Below are positions 12,707 to 29,388 of a DNA stretch of 64,000 bases, piece after piece. This DNA is from Oikopleura dioica (Eukaryota > Animalia > Chordata). The DNA is taken from the NCBI GenBank assembly GCA_907165135.1, contig OU015566.1:6634001-6698000 (forward strand). Reading direction: 5' to 3'. Both the position numbers and the translations under genes were made by a program. Numbering within the stretch: position 1 is the first letter of the stretch; every line of letters starts with the position of its first letter. The notes below the pieces were generated by a model. That model did not search any database. It worked only from the letters and a program-made list of their open reading frames with translations, and had not been told where the DNA came from.

Positions 12707-15419
12707 TCAAGTGTCGTCTTTTTCTGAAGTATTGGTCCGATAAAACGCCTTTCCGAATTTATCGGCGATTCGGCCAGCCTAAAGCGTTTTAGTGACAGGA
12801 AAAGGAATTCTGCTTCTACCTCTCGAAGACCAGATAAATAAGCCCCGTGGACAGTTGCTGGATACTTTCGCATAGTGTGCTCCCCTGCGAAGAAAATTCC
12901 AGTATTCTCGTTTTCGACTGGCAGTGACAGCATGTCATAATCTAAAGTAGAGCCGTAAATTCACTGTTCAACCTTTTTATGTGTTTCACCGCGTCCTGAT
13001 GCGCCGACTTTGATGTACGAATACGCTCCTCGAATAAACGGATTGCGCTTCCATCCCGTCACTTCCGATCTTTTCAGCTTGGTAAAAGTGACCTTTCCTT
13101 GACCAAAAATTTCCTTGAGGAGCATCATCGCTCGTCGAATAACGACATCCTTACAAACTGTCCGCAGTTGCTCACATAATCCCGAATTTCACGTGATCTC
13201 AGACCCAAGCCAAATGGTCAAATAATGAGAACCTGCACCTGTTTCCGCTATATCCGCCGAGCTACCTGCAAACATTCCAACCAGAACTGGATCCTTCTTG
13301 TTCAACGACCAGAACATGTAAAACTCTCCACGGGAGTTTGGAGTCGGTCCAATCTGAAAAGCGACTGATGCCGTGCCCGATTTTAGGTTCTTACGGTTCC
13401 AAACATGTCAACTCGGTCGTCCCAGAATCGATCTTCAAAGTGCATCACTATTTTATTCAAATTTCCAAAACCAAGTCGCTCGATCGAAGCTTTTTTGAAT
13501 TCCGGAAGCGGGGGGATAAAGTCAATCTTTTCCGCCTAAATTTTCATCATTACCGGACTAAATAATCAGCTTTACCTTGAGAACTCCCAGAGGAACGGTA
13601 CAAACAACAGCATCGAATTCTTCCGTGGTGTCTGCGTCGTCTTCGCCTTCCTGATTCGTGTTCTCTTGTCCTTGTTTTTCTTTGCTCAAGTCGCGAAGGG
13701 TTACTGCAGTCTTGTTCGTTTTCATTTCGATTTTCCTCACACTGTGACCCCATTGGAATTCGACAGCTTTCGTTTGACCATGTCCCGAATTTTCTCCGTT
13801 CTTCTTCGGCATTCCAGGAGGAGGTACACCCTTGGCATGATCAACAAGGCTATGAATAACCGTGTCGTAGCCGTCTTTTACGGCGAAGTGAGGACCAGGA
13901 AACTCAAAAGCATCGTCTTGATCCCAGTTTTTGAGCGAAAGGTCGTTGATTTCAGCAGAGTTTGCATACTCGAGATTTGCAATGTGCCAATATAAAAGAC
14001 GGTATTCGAAGAAATTGAGGAATTCTGCTGGTGGCGGATTCTTCTCCTGAATAACGCAATTATCATCAGTTGATCACTCTTTCCGCTAGGAAACCTGTGT
14101 AGAAACTTGAGTCAGACCAAGCGGCCTTTTCTCTATCACGAAGCTAACTCAGTTTTTCACAGGTTGCGGAGCCCAGCTCTAGACAGCGAAAAAAAGACTT
14201 ACTAATTGTTTGATTTCGTCCGTTATTGTCGCCTTCTTTTTCTCAATTTCTCGAAACTTCTTGATGAAATTCTCCAGCTCAACCTTGGTCTTGTTTATGT
14301 GATAGATATAGATGCACTTTGTATTGTTATCCGTGGCTTCTCGATCCTTCTGCTCGAGTTCGATGATTTCTTGATTCGTTTCGGCAATTTGCATGATCAA
14401 CTTGCTCCCTTCAGTTTCCAGCGAGTACAAATGCTCGTGTTTCTTCTCGATGCGTTTTTGATGGTTAATGTAAGCTTCGGTGCATGCTCTTCGCTGATTT
14501 TCGAGGACTTTTTCGACCACTGCTCCGAGAGAAACATCTCTGTCCTTCAGCTTGTCGGATTTTTTCACCTTCGCGACGGCCTAAAAACTGATGAAGAGCA
14601 AAAGAAATTAAGCATTCAGTACCTCTAGAATTTTGTTAAACACAGTTTCGATCTTCGTATCTATTGCTTTTGTGATTTCTTTTCCGTCAACATACAGAGG
14701 ACATTCATTCTTTATCTTCTTTAGGTCGATTTTGAACTGTTTGGATAGCGTATTTATTGGATTGCCAGGAAGGCCTGTGACGATCATTGCACCTAAATCA
14801 GCAGTTGCAGCTTCGCCCCTTCCGTTTTTCATCCGCAGGGAAAGAACTCGCCCGCCAAAGCGCTCCATTGCTTCGACTACTTTCACTTCAAATCCCAAGT
14901 ACTTTAGATGATTGGCGCAGGCGATCCCAGAAATGCCCCCGCCGACCACCAAAATCTTCTTTCCCTTTACATTCGTGTGCTTCGCATGGTCGCTACCCTT
15001 GACTTCAAAAACGCCGTGATTGATGATGCCGCGGCGGGAGAGAAAGAACCAGATACCGGCCAACAGCTCGGAATTCATCAATTCTTCTCTTTCCATGATT
15101 TTCGCAGCGTCTTCTACTGTCACTTCTCTCTGAGGGTTGATGAACCAAAGCATCAAAATTCTGTTCCGTAGCGCGAGGTAGATATTTGCGTTTCTCGCTG
15201 CGTATTCCGGAAACGCAGCTTTTTCTGGAAAAGAAAGGGTACAGAAAGCTGTAGCTAAAGAAACAAACCTTGAGGAGACATGACAGTTGGGGACAGTCGT
15301 GCTTCAATACAAGCTCCTTCAACTGATGTATCTGCCGGTAGCGATTCTTGATTCAGCGATCTGTTTGTTGGAAAGCCCGGAATCGTCCGCGTCCCGATAT
15401 TCTGATAGTTCAGTACCAT
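12707..15419 (-). CDS. KDM1A: Lysine-specific demethylase 1 (SWIRM + amine oxidase + Tower coiled coil)
   Basis: [28 protein letters not shown] motif, [27 protein letters not shown]-like segment, GFGNLNK (catalytic Lys kept), [31 protein letters not shown]. Confidence 0.95.
14088..14174. mobile_element. MITE family B, copy 2 (LSD1 intron)
   Basis: aaacctgtgtagaaacttgagtcag ... actcagtttttcacaggttgc inverted ends. Confidence 0.7.
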
Positions 15420-15583
15420 TTTCAACCCACTTTTTCAATCTAAAAATTAAGAATGTACTTATCAATGTTTCTGGAAAAATTCACGGAGTAGAATTGAGTT
15501 CAATTGCGTAAAAATGATATGGCTCCTGAAACACCAGCGCTTTTAGTGACGATAAGTCTCTCTGCTGCTAGCAATTTGAATTG

Positions 15584-15590
15584 TATAAAA
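15584..15590 (+). promoter_or_regulatory. TATA box upstream of the small secreted-peptide ORF
   Basis: TATAAAA ~55 nt upstream of ATG 15639. Confidence 0.45.
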
Positions 15591-15638
15591 AGAGCCAGGT
15601 ATCATTCCCTTCTATTATTCAACGAAAAAAGTCTAAAA

Positions 15639-15848
15639 ATGCATATCGCAAGTCTGATCATCTCCTCTCTTTCAATAGCCACATCTGCCCAGTTGCTGCC
15701 ATTGGAAGAAGCGATCATGCGCAGACAGTTGTTTCTTCAGCGATTTCCGGAGTTCAAATCCGTCTCCCAGCAGCGACAAGTTCGAAAGAAAGGCAGATCG
15801 ATTTCTCTTTCTAGATATTCTAGACGCGCTTCTTCAGTTTGGTTCTGA
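15639..15848 (+). CDS. Intronless 69-aa secreted cationic prepropeptide (orphan)
   Basis: MHIASLIISSLSIATSA signal-like peptide, then QLLPLEEAIMRR...RKK...RRASSVWF*; upstream TATA; AATAAA at ~15891. Confidence 0.6.
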   Translation: MHIASLIISSLSIATSAQLLPLEEAIMRRQLFLQRFPEFKSVSQQRQVRKKGRSISLSRYSRRASSVWF

Positions 15849-16030
15849 TTTTTACTGTTTCTTGACTGTTCCTCTTGATTTTAATAATTAAATAAAAAAC
15901 CATAACGAACTTTCACGATGAATCCATACAATCTGCTTGTCCACCCACACATGATCACTTGTATCTGATTGGTTAGTCACTTTTATAAATTCTGAAACGA
16001 AAAACCGAGAAAAGTAGCATTTCTTCGAAA

Positions 16031-19000
16031 ATGTCGGAACGAGTAGATTCCGTAGAAAAGCGCTTGACCCGTACATGTGGATGTCTCTTTGATAGCGGAA
16101 AAATCATCAAAGAGCAGTTTCTTCCAGAAGCTCGTTGTCTCGCCCAGCAACAAAGAATCGACGCAATTCCTTGCGAAAAGCCAGTAACAAATGGAACTCT
16201 CTTCAAAGGAGAGGGTGACTAAAACGCTTACGAAAAATTTATATAAAAAAGTGAGACTTTCTAGTCTAAATTGAAATGGAAAAGAGCTAGAAATTCCGTT
16301 CCGTCCGATAGTTTCCCCCAAAAAGTCTCGCCGGAAACTCCATACCTTACTCTTTGCGAAAAACACATCACTGCCATGACCCAGCATCAATTTTGCCCGC
16401 TTTGTGGGTTTCTCTGCGCAAATCGACCTTATGCAAGATGCAAATTGAAGCACAGAGTTCATCTCTACTGTCTTTCGGCGGCTCCTTCTCAAGGAAATGG
16501 TTCATTTCAGTCTTATTCTTGGCTCGGCGACCTGTACGGAAAACCCTCGTTTTCATTGGAGATCTTTCAGACCCTGATTCAGGTTTTCGACGCAGGTTTC
16601 CGAGCCTAGGCCTAGCCCTTACAATGAGACCTCCAAGAAACCAACTAAAAGACTGCCCTCACTGTGGCGAGCAAATCATCGAAGAACTTCAGCCAAAACC
16701 ACATTACGAAATCCCAGCAGGAATACACGGCGCAATCACCTTTCCGGAAGAACACCTTGAGAAAATCTACCTGGCGCCGGAAGCATTACTCCCCATCTCT
16801 TCATTCATAACCGTAGATGGCGAAGAAGTCGGCCTGGTAGAGCTGATTCGCAAGGACAGCGACTACAGATGGCTCCAGGACGAGGCTGAGAAAGAAATTC
16901 GCCAGGCTCAAGGTCGAATGCCAACGAGAGTCGGTTCTCCTGGAGGATTGTTGCTTCAAATATCAAAAATGCTAATGCGAAATGAAAAGTTCCAATTGAC
17001 ATCGACCGTGCTCTCCAGTTCTTTGAAATCGAAGCAGCTGAAGAAAGCGATGCTGGCTCTCTTCGGCCCTGGAATCGAATCAACACTCGCTCAAGCTCAC
17101 GATGGAAGAAAGCCGATCGAGTGGGCGATCTTCCTTGCTGGAATGCAGGAAAAACAGGATCTCGATTTTCCTGAAATCGGGCCACTCGATATTCTTCAAA
17201 AACTATTGAGTTTTGGGGTTCAGGCACATTTCAATTCGCAATCAACGACGAGTCCGTTTGAGGCCAGCTGTGAGCTGTTTATAAAAGGAATGAATTTTCA
17301 ATAAAACAAATGGTAATCATACGTAGATGTGGTAACATCTTGAAGCTCTGACATATGAGAAATATGAAGAAATAATGTAAAAATATTTATATTGAAAAGC
17401 GAATCAAAATTAATTTTCGAATTCAAAATTAAGCCATTCGCGACGAATCTCTTTCCGCCATGGAAATGCTGTCGCAATGTTTTTCCCCGACATGGAAAGG
17501 TAGAAATGGTGCCTCTGCTTTGCATGAAGCTGTGATGACAAAGAATGATCAAGGAAATGGTGAATGAATTAAGTTTCGTCAAGATTACAGAACCAATTCG
17601 AATATGAACCGTCTATTTTTTAAATGAACAGAAAAACCATTCAAAAGTCGTCTCATCCGTCCTCCAAAAATTTCCCGAGTTGATCAACGCTACTGACGAC
17701 AGGGGAGATTCCGTATTTCATCTCGCTACGAAACTCAAGCTTACGATGATATTTCATACATTGGTGAATCAGAAAAACTGCTGCTTCTGCGAGAACAGGA
17801 CGAGGAAATGCGAGGGGCTTTGTCGGGAAAATTTGAGAAACGCAGATGGCAAGACGTATTTGGATCTATGCCGAAAGGACGAAGTAAACGAGACGAACGT
17901 GCTTCAGCTTTTGACGTCAGCTGGCGCTCGGAAAAACAAGGTAGGCAAATCCGGTATCGAACATGTATGATTTTCCAGCTTCCGCCTCACGTAATCTCTG
18001 CCGATCTCTCTCGAGGACGAGAAAAGACACCCGTCCAAATTGTGAACGAATTCGACACTGATCCAGTTCCGGAGTTCGTCTACTGCACAAAGACTCATTT
18101 CGGCGGCGATGCGCAGATTGACATGAGCGTCGAAAATATGAACACCTGCAGCTGTGGAGACGTTTGTGATTCGGAAAAGTGCGGGTGCATCGCGCTTTCG
18201 GAGCAGGTTTTCTACGATGAGCAGGGATTGCTTTCTGCGAAAATTGATTTCAACGAGAAGGAGAAATGCTTGGTCCCAGGTTTCTTTAAACATATCCTTC
18301 CTTCCTCTCAGCTCCCTTTTCTAGTGATTTACGAATGCTCCGATTTGTGCGGATGTGATCCGCGAAAATGTCGAAATCGCGCGACTTCGAAGGGCGTTTC
18401 GTTTCTGATGGAAGTCCACAAGACTCGAGAAATGGGGTGGGGCGTGCGCGCTCGGGAAGATATCCCACGAGGAGCATATATTGCCGACTACTGCGGCGAG
18501 ATGGTGACGAGCGCGTCTTGTGAGGATAGAGAAGATAGCTGTAAGTTGCACAATATATGTCGTCGAGACTCAATGTCAAGAGCTAAAAGAGTCCGACCTT
18601 GGATAAACTAACGAATCATTAAATCTTCTATGCACTGGTCTTAAGTTTTTTTTCCACCAAATTTACGCTCTGTGGCTTTGAGAGTCGATTTTGACATTTA
18701 AGTCGAATCAGATCGAGGAGGATTAACGAAAGAATCAATCCTACTTCCTCTACGCCCTGGACTGAAGCCCTTTCCATGCGTTTACGCAAATTTTTAGATC
18801 TGTTCGACTTGGGCATCACTAACGGATCGAAGTTTTCCTACACCATCGACGCAAAAAGAGTCGGTGGCTTTGCTCGATTCTTCAATCACAAGTGCAATCC
18901 AAATATGATAGCTATCCGTGTCTTTCGGTTAGGAGAATATTCTCCATAGGACTCTACCTATAAATTTAGGGAGCATCAAGATTTCCGCTTCCCGAATTTC

Positions 19001-19168
19001 GCCTTTTTTGCAAAGAAAAGCATCAAACGAGGAGAAGAGCTTGGTTTTGACTACGGCGATGCATTTTGGAAAGTGAAGAGCTGCTACTTTACCTGCAAAT
19101 GCGGCTGGGAAAAGTGCAAGTGGTCCAAGCTAAGCACTACAGAGGAAGATTTGAAGGATGATTCTTGA
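16031..19168 (+). CDS. EHMT1/2: G9a/GLP-type H3K9 methyltransferase (Cys-rich region, degenerate ankyrin repeats, pre-SET, SET, post-SET)
   Basis: [95 protein letters not shown]. Confidence 0.92.
16520..16607. mobile_element. MITE family B, copy 3 (inside the EHMT GA-AG intron)
   Basis: ggctcggcgacctg ... gaccctgattcaggttttcgacgcaggtttccgagcc. Confidence 0.75.
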
Positions 19169-19630
19169 GAATAAAGAAATTATGTGTTTATTGCACCTCT
19201 ACTTTCAAAAAAACTGAATAACGAAATAAATGAACAGGTCAAAATAAAATTAAAAAAAAAAGAATACGAGGAACTGTGAGTAAAAAACTGAATATTTATG
19301 GTAAAGTAGTATTCGTAAAATTAACTGCGAGTTTATAAAAACTTTTATTACTTATTAAAAAGTATTAATACATTTGCGATAAAATTTAAAACTAAGAAGG
19401 ATACAGTAAGTGACTGTTGGCCTGACAGAACGGTACATTGGTTGGTTTAGAGGAAAATATGCTCAGTAATAAATGAGGAACGGAAAAAAATGAATAAATA
19501 ATCTTTCTTTAGCAAGAGCAAAAAAAAAACAGCGATCAAATGAAACATTGTTGAAATCGGAACAGGATTTGAATTAAACGTAGACTAGAATACTTGAAAT
19601 TATACTTTGCTTGGCGAGAGTTAATCAGAA

Positions 19631-21714
19631 TTATGGCTCAATATGCATATGAAGAATCGCCAGGTTGTAATAAATTAAAACTGGTATGCCGACAGCAACT
19701 GTAACGAGGCACAAAACTAAAATTTTTAATAAAAAATCACTCTTCACGGCTTTTACCTGAGAAGACTATGTCGCGGCGGGGATACCTAGCTTGAAGGGCT
19801 AGTTCTGCAGTTGCAGCTTGCTCGGAAGCTCCGAACATTCCATCGAGCAGGGATTCTCGCTCGTTTCGAAGTTCGGCTTCGGTTTTTGGAAGCTCTATTC
19901 GGATGTCGTTCATTTTTGAAGCAGTCTCAGTCGTTGACTGTTTTTTCCGTTTTACAATTTTTTCAAGAGGACAACCGATTTGAAAGAATCGCTTTGTTTG
20001 TCGTAAAACTGATTCCTTTTGAATTCTAGCAAGCAATTCAGAAGCATCACCAACTGGACTTGATCCTCCAGAAGCAGCTGCACTGGCTACAGAACTCGTT
20101 TCAGCCTGCTTCAACCCTTCCTAAAACTTATTTTGAACAACCAGGGGTCTAAATTCGCAGTGCGAATTCGCTTTATTGCGAAGCGATGCGAAGCGAAGCG
20201 AATTCGCTTTCGCTTCGCTTCGCACTGGAGAGCAGAATTCGCTTCGCTTTCGCTTCGCAAAAAATTCCCAAATTTTCGCATAAATTTTCGCACAGCAAGC
20301 GACTTTGCTATTCGGAAGATTCTTTATCAAAGAGTTGGAGAGGGGCATTATTGATGCCGTTATAAATTCAAGTTTTCTCAGTCTTGTCAAGACGAGTCTA
20401 ATGGTGGGTCTAACTCTCAATAAATCCAAGGATTGACTGGTTATCAAGCTGGTCCTACCCCGGAAAACACGTTGCCACCAGCCTTTTTTATTGTAAGTAT
20501 GCTAGAATATTTTTTGAATGATCTTTATGAACAGGGCTTATCTACGAAGATGATCTCATCTCCTATCGAGAAAGGGTGACCATTCGGGCAAGAAATCGTC
20601 GATTGAGCATCCGAATGCCCGGCCGAAATCAAGGGCCAAGAGTCGCACCGTCCGAATGCCCGGTCGAGCTGGTGATGGGATTTTCAATAGATAAGGGCTA
20701 GAAAAATAAGTTTCGAGAGGCTTTTGATTCAGTTAGAGGAGCAAGAGAGCAAAAATAGTTGTAAAGAATGCGAAATTTAAGAATTTTCCTCGGCGCGGGC
20801 TTGACCAACCGCCCGAAAGCGCTGAATTCCCCGAAAGTGCCGAACTTGCCCAAATGCCCGAAATGCCCGCTTTTGCCCGGCCAAATTTAAGGGGCTGAGC
20901 CGTCCAAATGCCCGGCCGAACACATTTTGACCGAAAATTGTCCGTTTTCCCCGACTTCCCGATGTCCGAACGGTCACCCCTGATATCGAGTTTATTACTA
21001 ACTTGGAATAATCAACAGTTAGACCCACCATTCGGCTTATATTGACGAGCTGAAAAAATACAGTAACAGATTTTTTTGTAATTTTCTGCCCCAAAAATAG
21101 GTTTTTGAAATCATCTTCGCTTTTGACTCAAAAGTTTTGAGTGTCTGATTGCTAAAGATTCTTGCCAGAGAATGCGTTTCAATTCAAGCGAAAAAAATTT
21201 CGCTTTTTTTCGCAATTTTCAATGATATTTCGCTTCGCTTTCGCTTCGCACATGGGCGAAAAATTCGCTTCGCTTTCGCTTCGCAAAAAATTTGAAAAAA
21301 TGGTTCGCTTTCGCTTCGCTTTCGCACTAGGATTTCGGCTGATATTTAGACCCCTGGAACAACCATCGCCGAATAGAAAGACTAACCAGCTCAGTTATCC
21401 GTCGATCAGGAATTGAAAGCTCTCTTCTTGTTATCAGCTCGTCGTCGCTGAAAAGGTTGTTTGCTCGTTTTAGCTCTTCCTTTCCGACTGCGAATCGTAG
21501 CGCGATTGACTATAATTTACAGTAAGAATTGATAGAAAAAAGAGAGACTTACATCAAGACTGTCTTCTGCCTGAATTTTGTACTTGATCGATTCATAGTC
21601 TTTCTTCAACGGCAGCGTCAAAGTCGGTCGAATTCGCTGCCTGTTGAAGCCGTTTTTTCGCCCATAGTGGTTTGGCTCCAAAAGCGGAATTTCATCCTCT
21701 TTCGGCTTGCCCAT
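19631..21714 (-). CDS. LysM-domain protein with C-terminal TM helix (LYSMD3/4-like)
   Basis: Spliced YKIQAEDSLD|SIALRFAVGKEELKRANNLFSDDELITRRELSIP is a LysM domain; last exon VLCLVTVAVGIPVLIYYNL is a TM helix. Confidence 0.82.
20142..21356. mobile_element. hAT-like non-autonomous element in the LysM-gene intron, with TTCGC subterminal arrays
   Basis: TIR caggggtctaaa / tttagacccctg; 7-8 bp flanking direct repeat gaacaac(c); arrays of ttcgcttcgctttcgc near both ends. Confidence 0.88.
20571..20982. mobile_element. Second hAT-like MITE nested in the previous element
   Basis: Ends agggtgaccattcgg / ccgaacggtcacccctg; 8-bp TSD ctatcgag/atatcgag; subterminal tgcccg(gccga) repeats. Confidence 0.8.
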
Positions 21715-22981
21715 CACATTCTAAAGGAAAGAGAAGAAAGGTATGATTTCTGGTTAGTATTTATTACAATATAGTTTTTGTTTCGTGAAAGCGAAGTTTT
21801 GAGTAACTGTTACAAGTATATTTTTGTAATAAATCGGGCGACAGATGAAAAATTTTTATGAAAAAATTTTAATTTCTTATAAAAAGCATGCTATTCTTTT
21901 CAGTTTTTGTTGTTTTTTCTCACCACTTCACAAAAAATAAGTAAATTTTTGTTCAATTTCTTGTTCTTTTGGAGACGAAAGAATGGTAATTACCATAATA
22001 TTTATTATTGATTGGAAATATTCAAATTCAGATAGAAAGGAAAATCCTCTCCGGGAAAAGACGAGGTAACGTAAAGGTATATTTTTTACTAAGAGCAGAA
22101 TGAGTCTCAAACAGGACTTGGTGAGAATAGAAGAGGGGCTCTTTTCTTTACAAAAAAGTACGTTTTCATTGTGGTAACAAAGGGTTAGGGTCAATTTTGG
22201 ACCATCAGAGTCGCAGGGAACTTGATCTCTTCCTTCATAAAATCGAAGGAAAGGAAGATTCTGACTGTAACTTGATTAGGACTGAAGTGCGGACTGTATT
22301 TTTCTGGTTTATCTGGTCTTCATTTATTCTTTGATCTTGTTAGTTCTGTATAAATATCCTAATATTGCTGCATCTAGGCAAAAAGAAGAAGCGAAAGACA
22401 TTTTAGGCAAAAAAAAAATAAGAAAGAAAATTCCCAAATTCAATTGAAACTGCTCTTGAAATTTGAGGAATTTCAAATTGGTATTTTTGTCATTTATTTC
22501 TTCATTTCAGAGGGTGCTGGGGAGCGAGAGGATAGCATAAACTTTTATTTTCTTTTCTGATGGGCGAAGAGTAAGCTTGGAGGACTGTACAACTTGTATT
22601 CATGTATGGATGTGTGTTTTTCAGAAATTTAGAGAAGAATAGAATGTAGGCAAAGGTAAAAAGGGTTCAGCCGTGAAAACACCGGAAATACGAATGTATT
22701 ATTTTATCGTCCCGAATTTCAAAAGGAAAAGCGCTGGAAATTGGAAATTTTTGTTTATTGGAATAAGAAGAAATATTCAAATAAGTAATGTAAGAAATGC
22801 GTTGGTTTATTGCTTGTGAGATTGAAAATTGATGATGAATAGAAATAGAAAATATTATTGAAAATAGCGATTTAGTCATCTTCCCAGCCGTTTTATGTGC
22901 GCCAATATGCCTCGATTAGCATAAAAGTGCACAAGCTGGAGCGATTTTTTTATGTCATGAAAATAGAATTGATGCTAGTTC

Positions 22982-23878
22982 CTACGAAATGACGCATTTC
23001 GATTTGCCGCAGCAGCCGGTTTTGTCGTTGTTGACTTGTTTCACTGCCGGGCCGGCTTCCGCGTTTTTCTTCTTGGCGATGTTGCGCAGCAGGTCGTAGA
23101 AGATTTTGTCGACGTTTTGGCGAGTTTTGGCGGAAGTTTCGACGTATTCGACTTTCCACTGTCGGGCGCGCGCTTCGGCTTCTTCTAGTGATACCTAAAC
23201 GGATTTTGCAGTAAATCAAGTGACATCAAGCGACATCTATAGCAATCGAGAGACATTAAGGGATGTTTGGGGACATCTAGGGACATTTAGAGACATCGAA
23301 GAATATCAAGACAGCATGTTATTTTGTTTTACCTGTCTTTTTTCCTCCAAATCGACTTTGTTGCCAACTAGAATGAATGGAATGGAGTCTGTATTGCTGT
23401 CGACGCCCTTGACGCGTAAAATTTGCTCTCTAAATTCTTGTGTTGCTTCGAAAGATTCTTTTTCTGTGATGGAAAAGACGCAGAGGAAGCCTTCTCCGGA
23501 GCGGAAATAGTTGTCTCGGATGGCGGCGTAGTCTTCTTGTCCTGCTGTATCAAGGATGTCTATGTGTGCTTCTTGTCCATCTGAAGGAAGAAGGTGTCAA
23601 AAGGGAAGAACAAAATAGAGACTGACCTAAAAGGACGTTTCGTCTGTAGGAATCAGCTTTTGTTGGTTCGTAATCTTCCACGAACTCGTCATACATGAAT
23701 TGAAGGGTCTATTCTTGGGCTCGAATAAAAATCACCATTGAAAATTCCTCTTAAAATCGCCCTAAATAAAATAAAGGGTGCTGTTAAATATTTCGAGCCT
23801 TTTCAGAGCTGATTTTCCGACACCACCATGGCCAACCATAATGACCTTATGAAGGGGTCCATTCTGTGGTTTGCTCAT
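22982..23878 (-). CDS. RAL: Ral small GTPase
   Basis: [88 protein letters not shown]; C-term CVIS*. Confidence 0.95.
23220..23299. repeat. Degenerate ~10-11 bp tandem repeat (gggacatyta-like) in a Ral intron
   Basis: gacatc / gacatt units repeated about six times. Confidence 0.6.
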
Positions 23879-24210
23879 TCTCTCAACACGATCTCTTCTG
23901 AAGAGTAAAAATTAGAACATGAGATTATAAAAGAAATAATATTGAAAGTATAAAAAATAAAGCAGGAATGAAGAATTACAGTTGAGGAAGAATTGGAAGA
24001 ATCATCAGTTGAAGAAATTGAACAGATTTAAGAGTAATCATAAATAAAACAGAAATCTGGGTGAATAATTAAAAAGAGTGAGTAAAATCATAAATCAGCG
24101 TGGTTTTAAAATGCGGGTGCGGGGAAGTAGTGATCATTTGTCATGGTTGAGGCGTTTTTCATTCAAAAATGGTCAGTAAAAAGGCGCTTTCTCGGTCTTT
24201 CTTTCTCTTT

Positions 24211-25422
<1,212 letters not shown>

Positions 25423-25894
25423 ATTTTAAACTTTTGTTTCTAAACAAGATTTTCTGCATGAATAGTGAAAAGTGTTTCTTTTTCAACTACTGAATTGTCA
25501 GATCTTCTTTTTGATCTGCTGGGCAACTACGGGTAGTTTTAAGACACGTGATACTCTTCTGTAGAATTTATCATTTGTCGACAAGTAAGGTTGGGGTGAC
25601 AGAACATGAAACAAGCAGCATACTGATTCTCGAATTTCAAGAAAACGAACTTGAGTTGAATTCTTCAGCCCTTGTGCGAATATTGACCATTTCTTTGACT
25701 TAAAAATATGCAAAAGAAATGGGCAGTATTCCCATTTTAAAAGGAAAGGTAAGTGAAAGTGGTGGGCCAAGGAACAAGAGTTGTGAGCTCAATTTTTTCA
25801 ATTCGAGTGAAGGAGCATTTTTCGTGTTGAAAAAAGGTTTTTTGTTGAAAGGTATTTTTTCATTACAAAAATAATAATTTAGCAGTAACAAGTT

Positions 25895-29388
<3,494 letters not shown>

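Noticed and set aside
16354-16615. 5' part of the 316-aa ORF
   Set aside because: Read-through of an out-of-frame exon and a MITE-containing intron; only the part after 16616 is EHMT coding.
20111-21416. ORFs rich in RFASLRFA-type peptides
   Set aside because: They are translations of the TTCGC subterminal arrays of a MITE; no transposase motifs.
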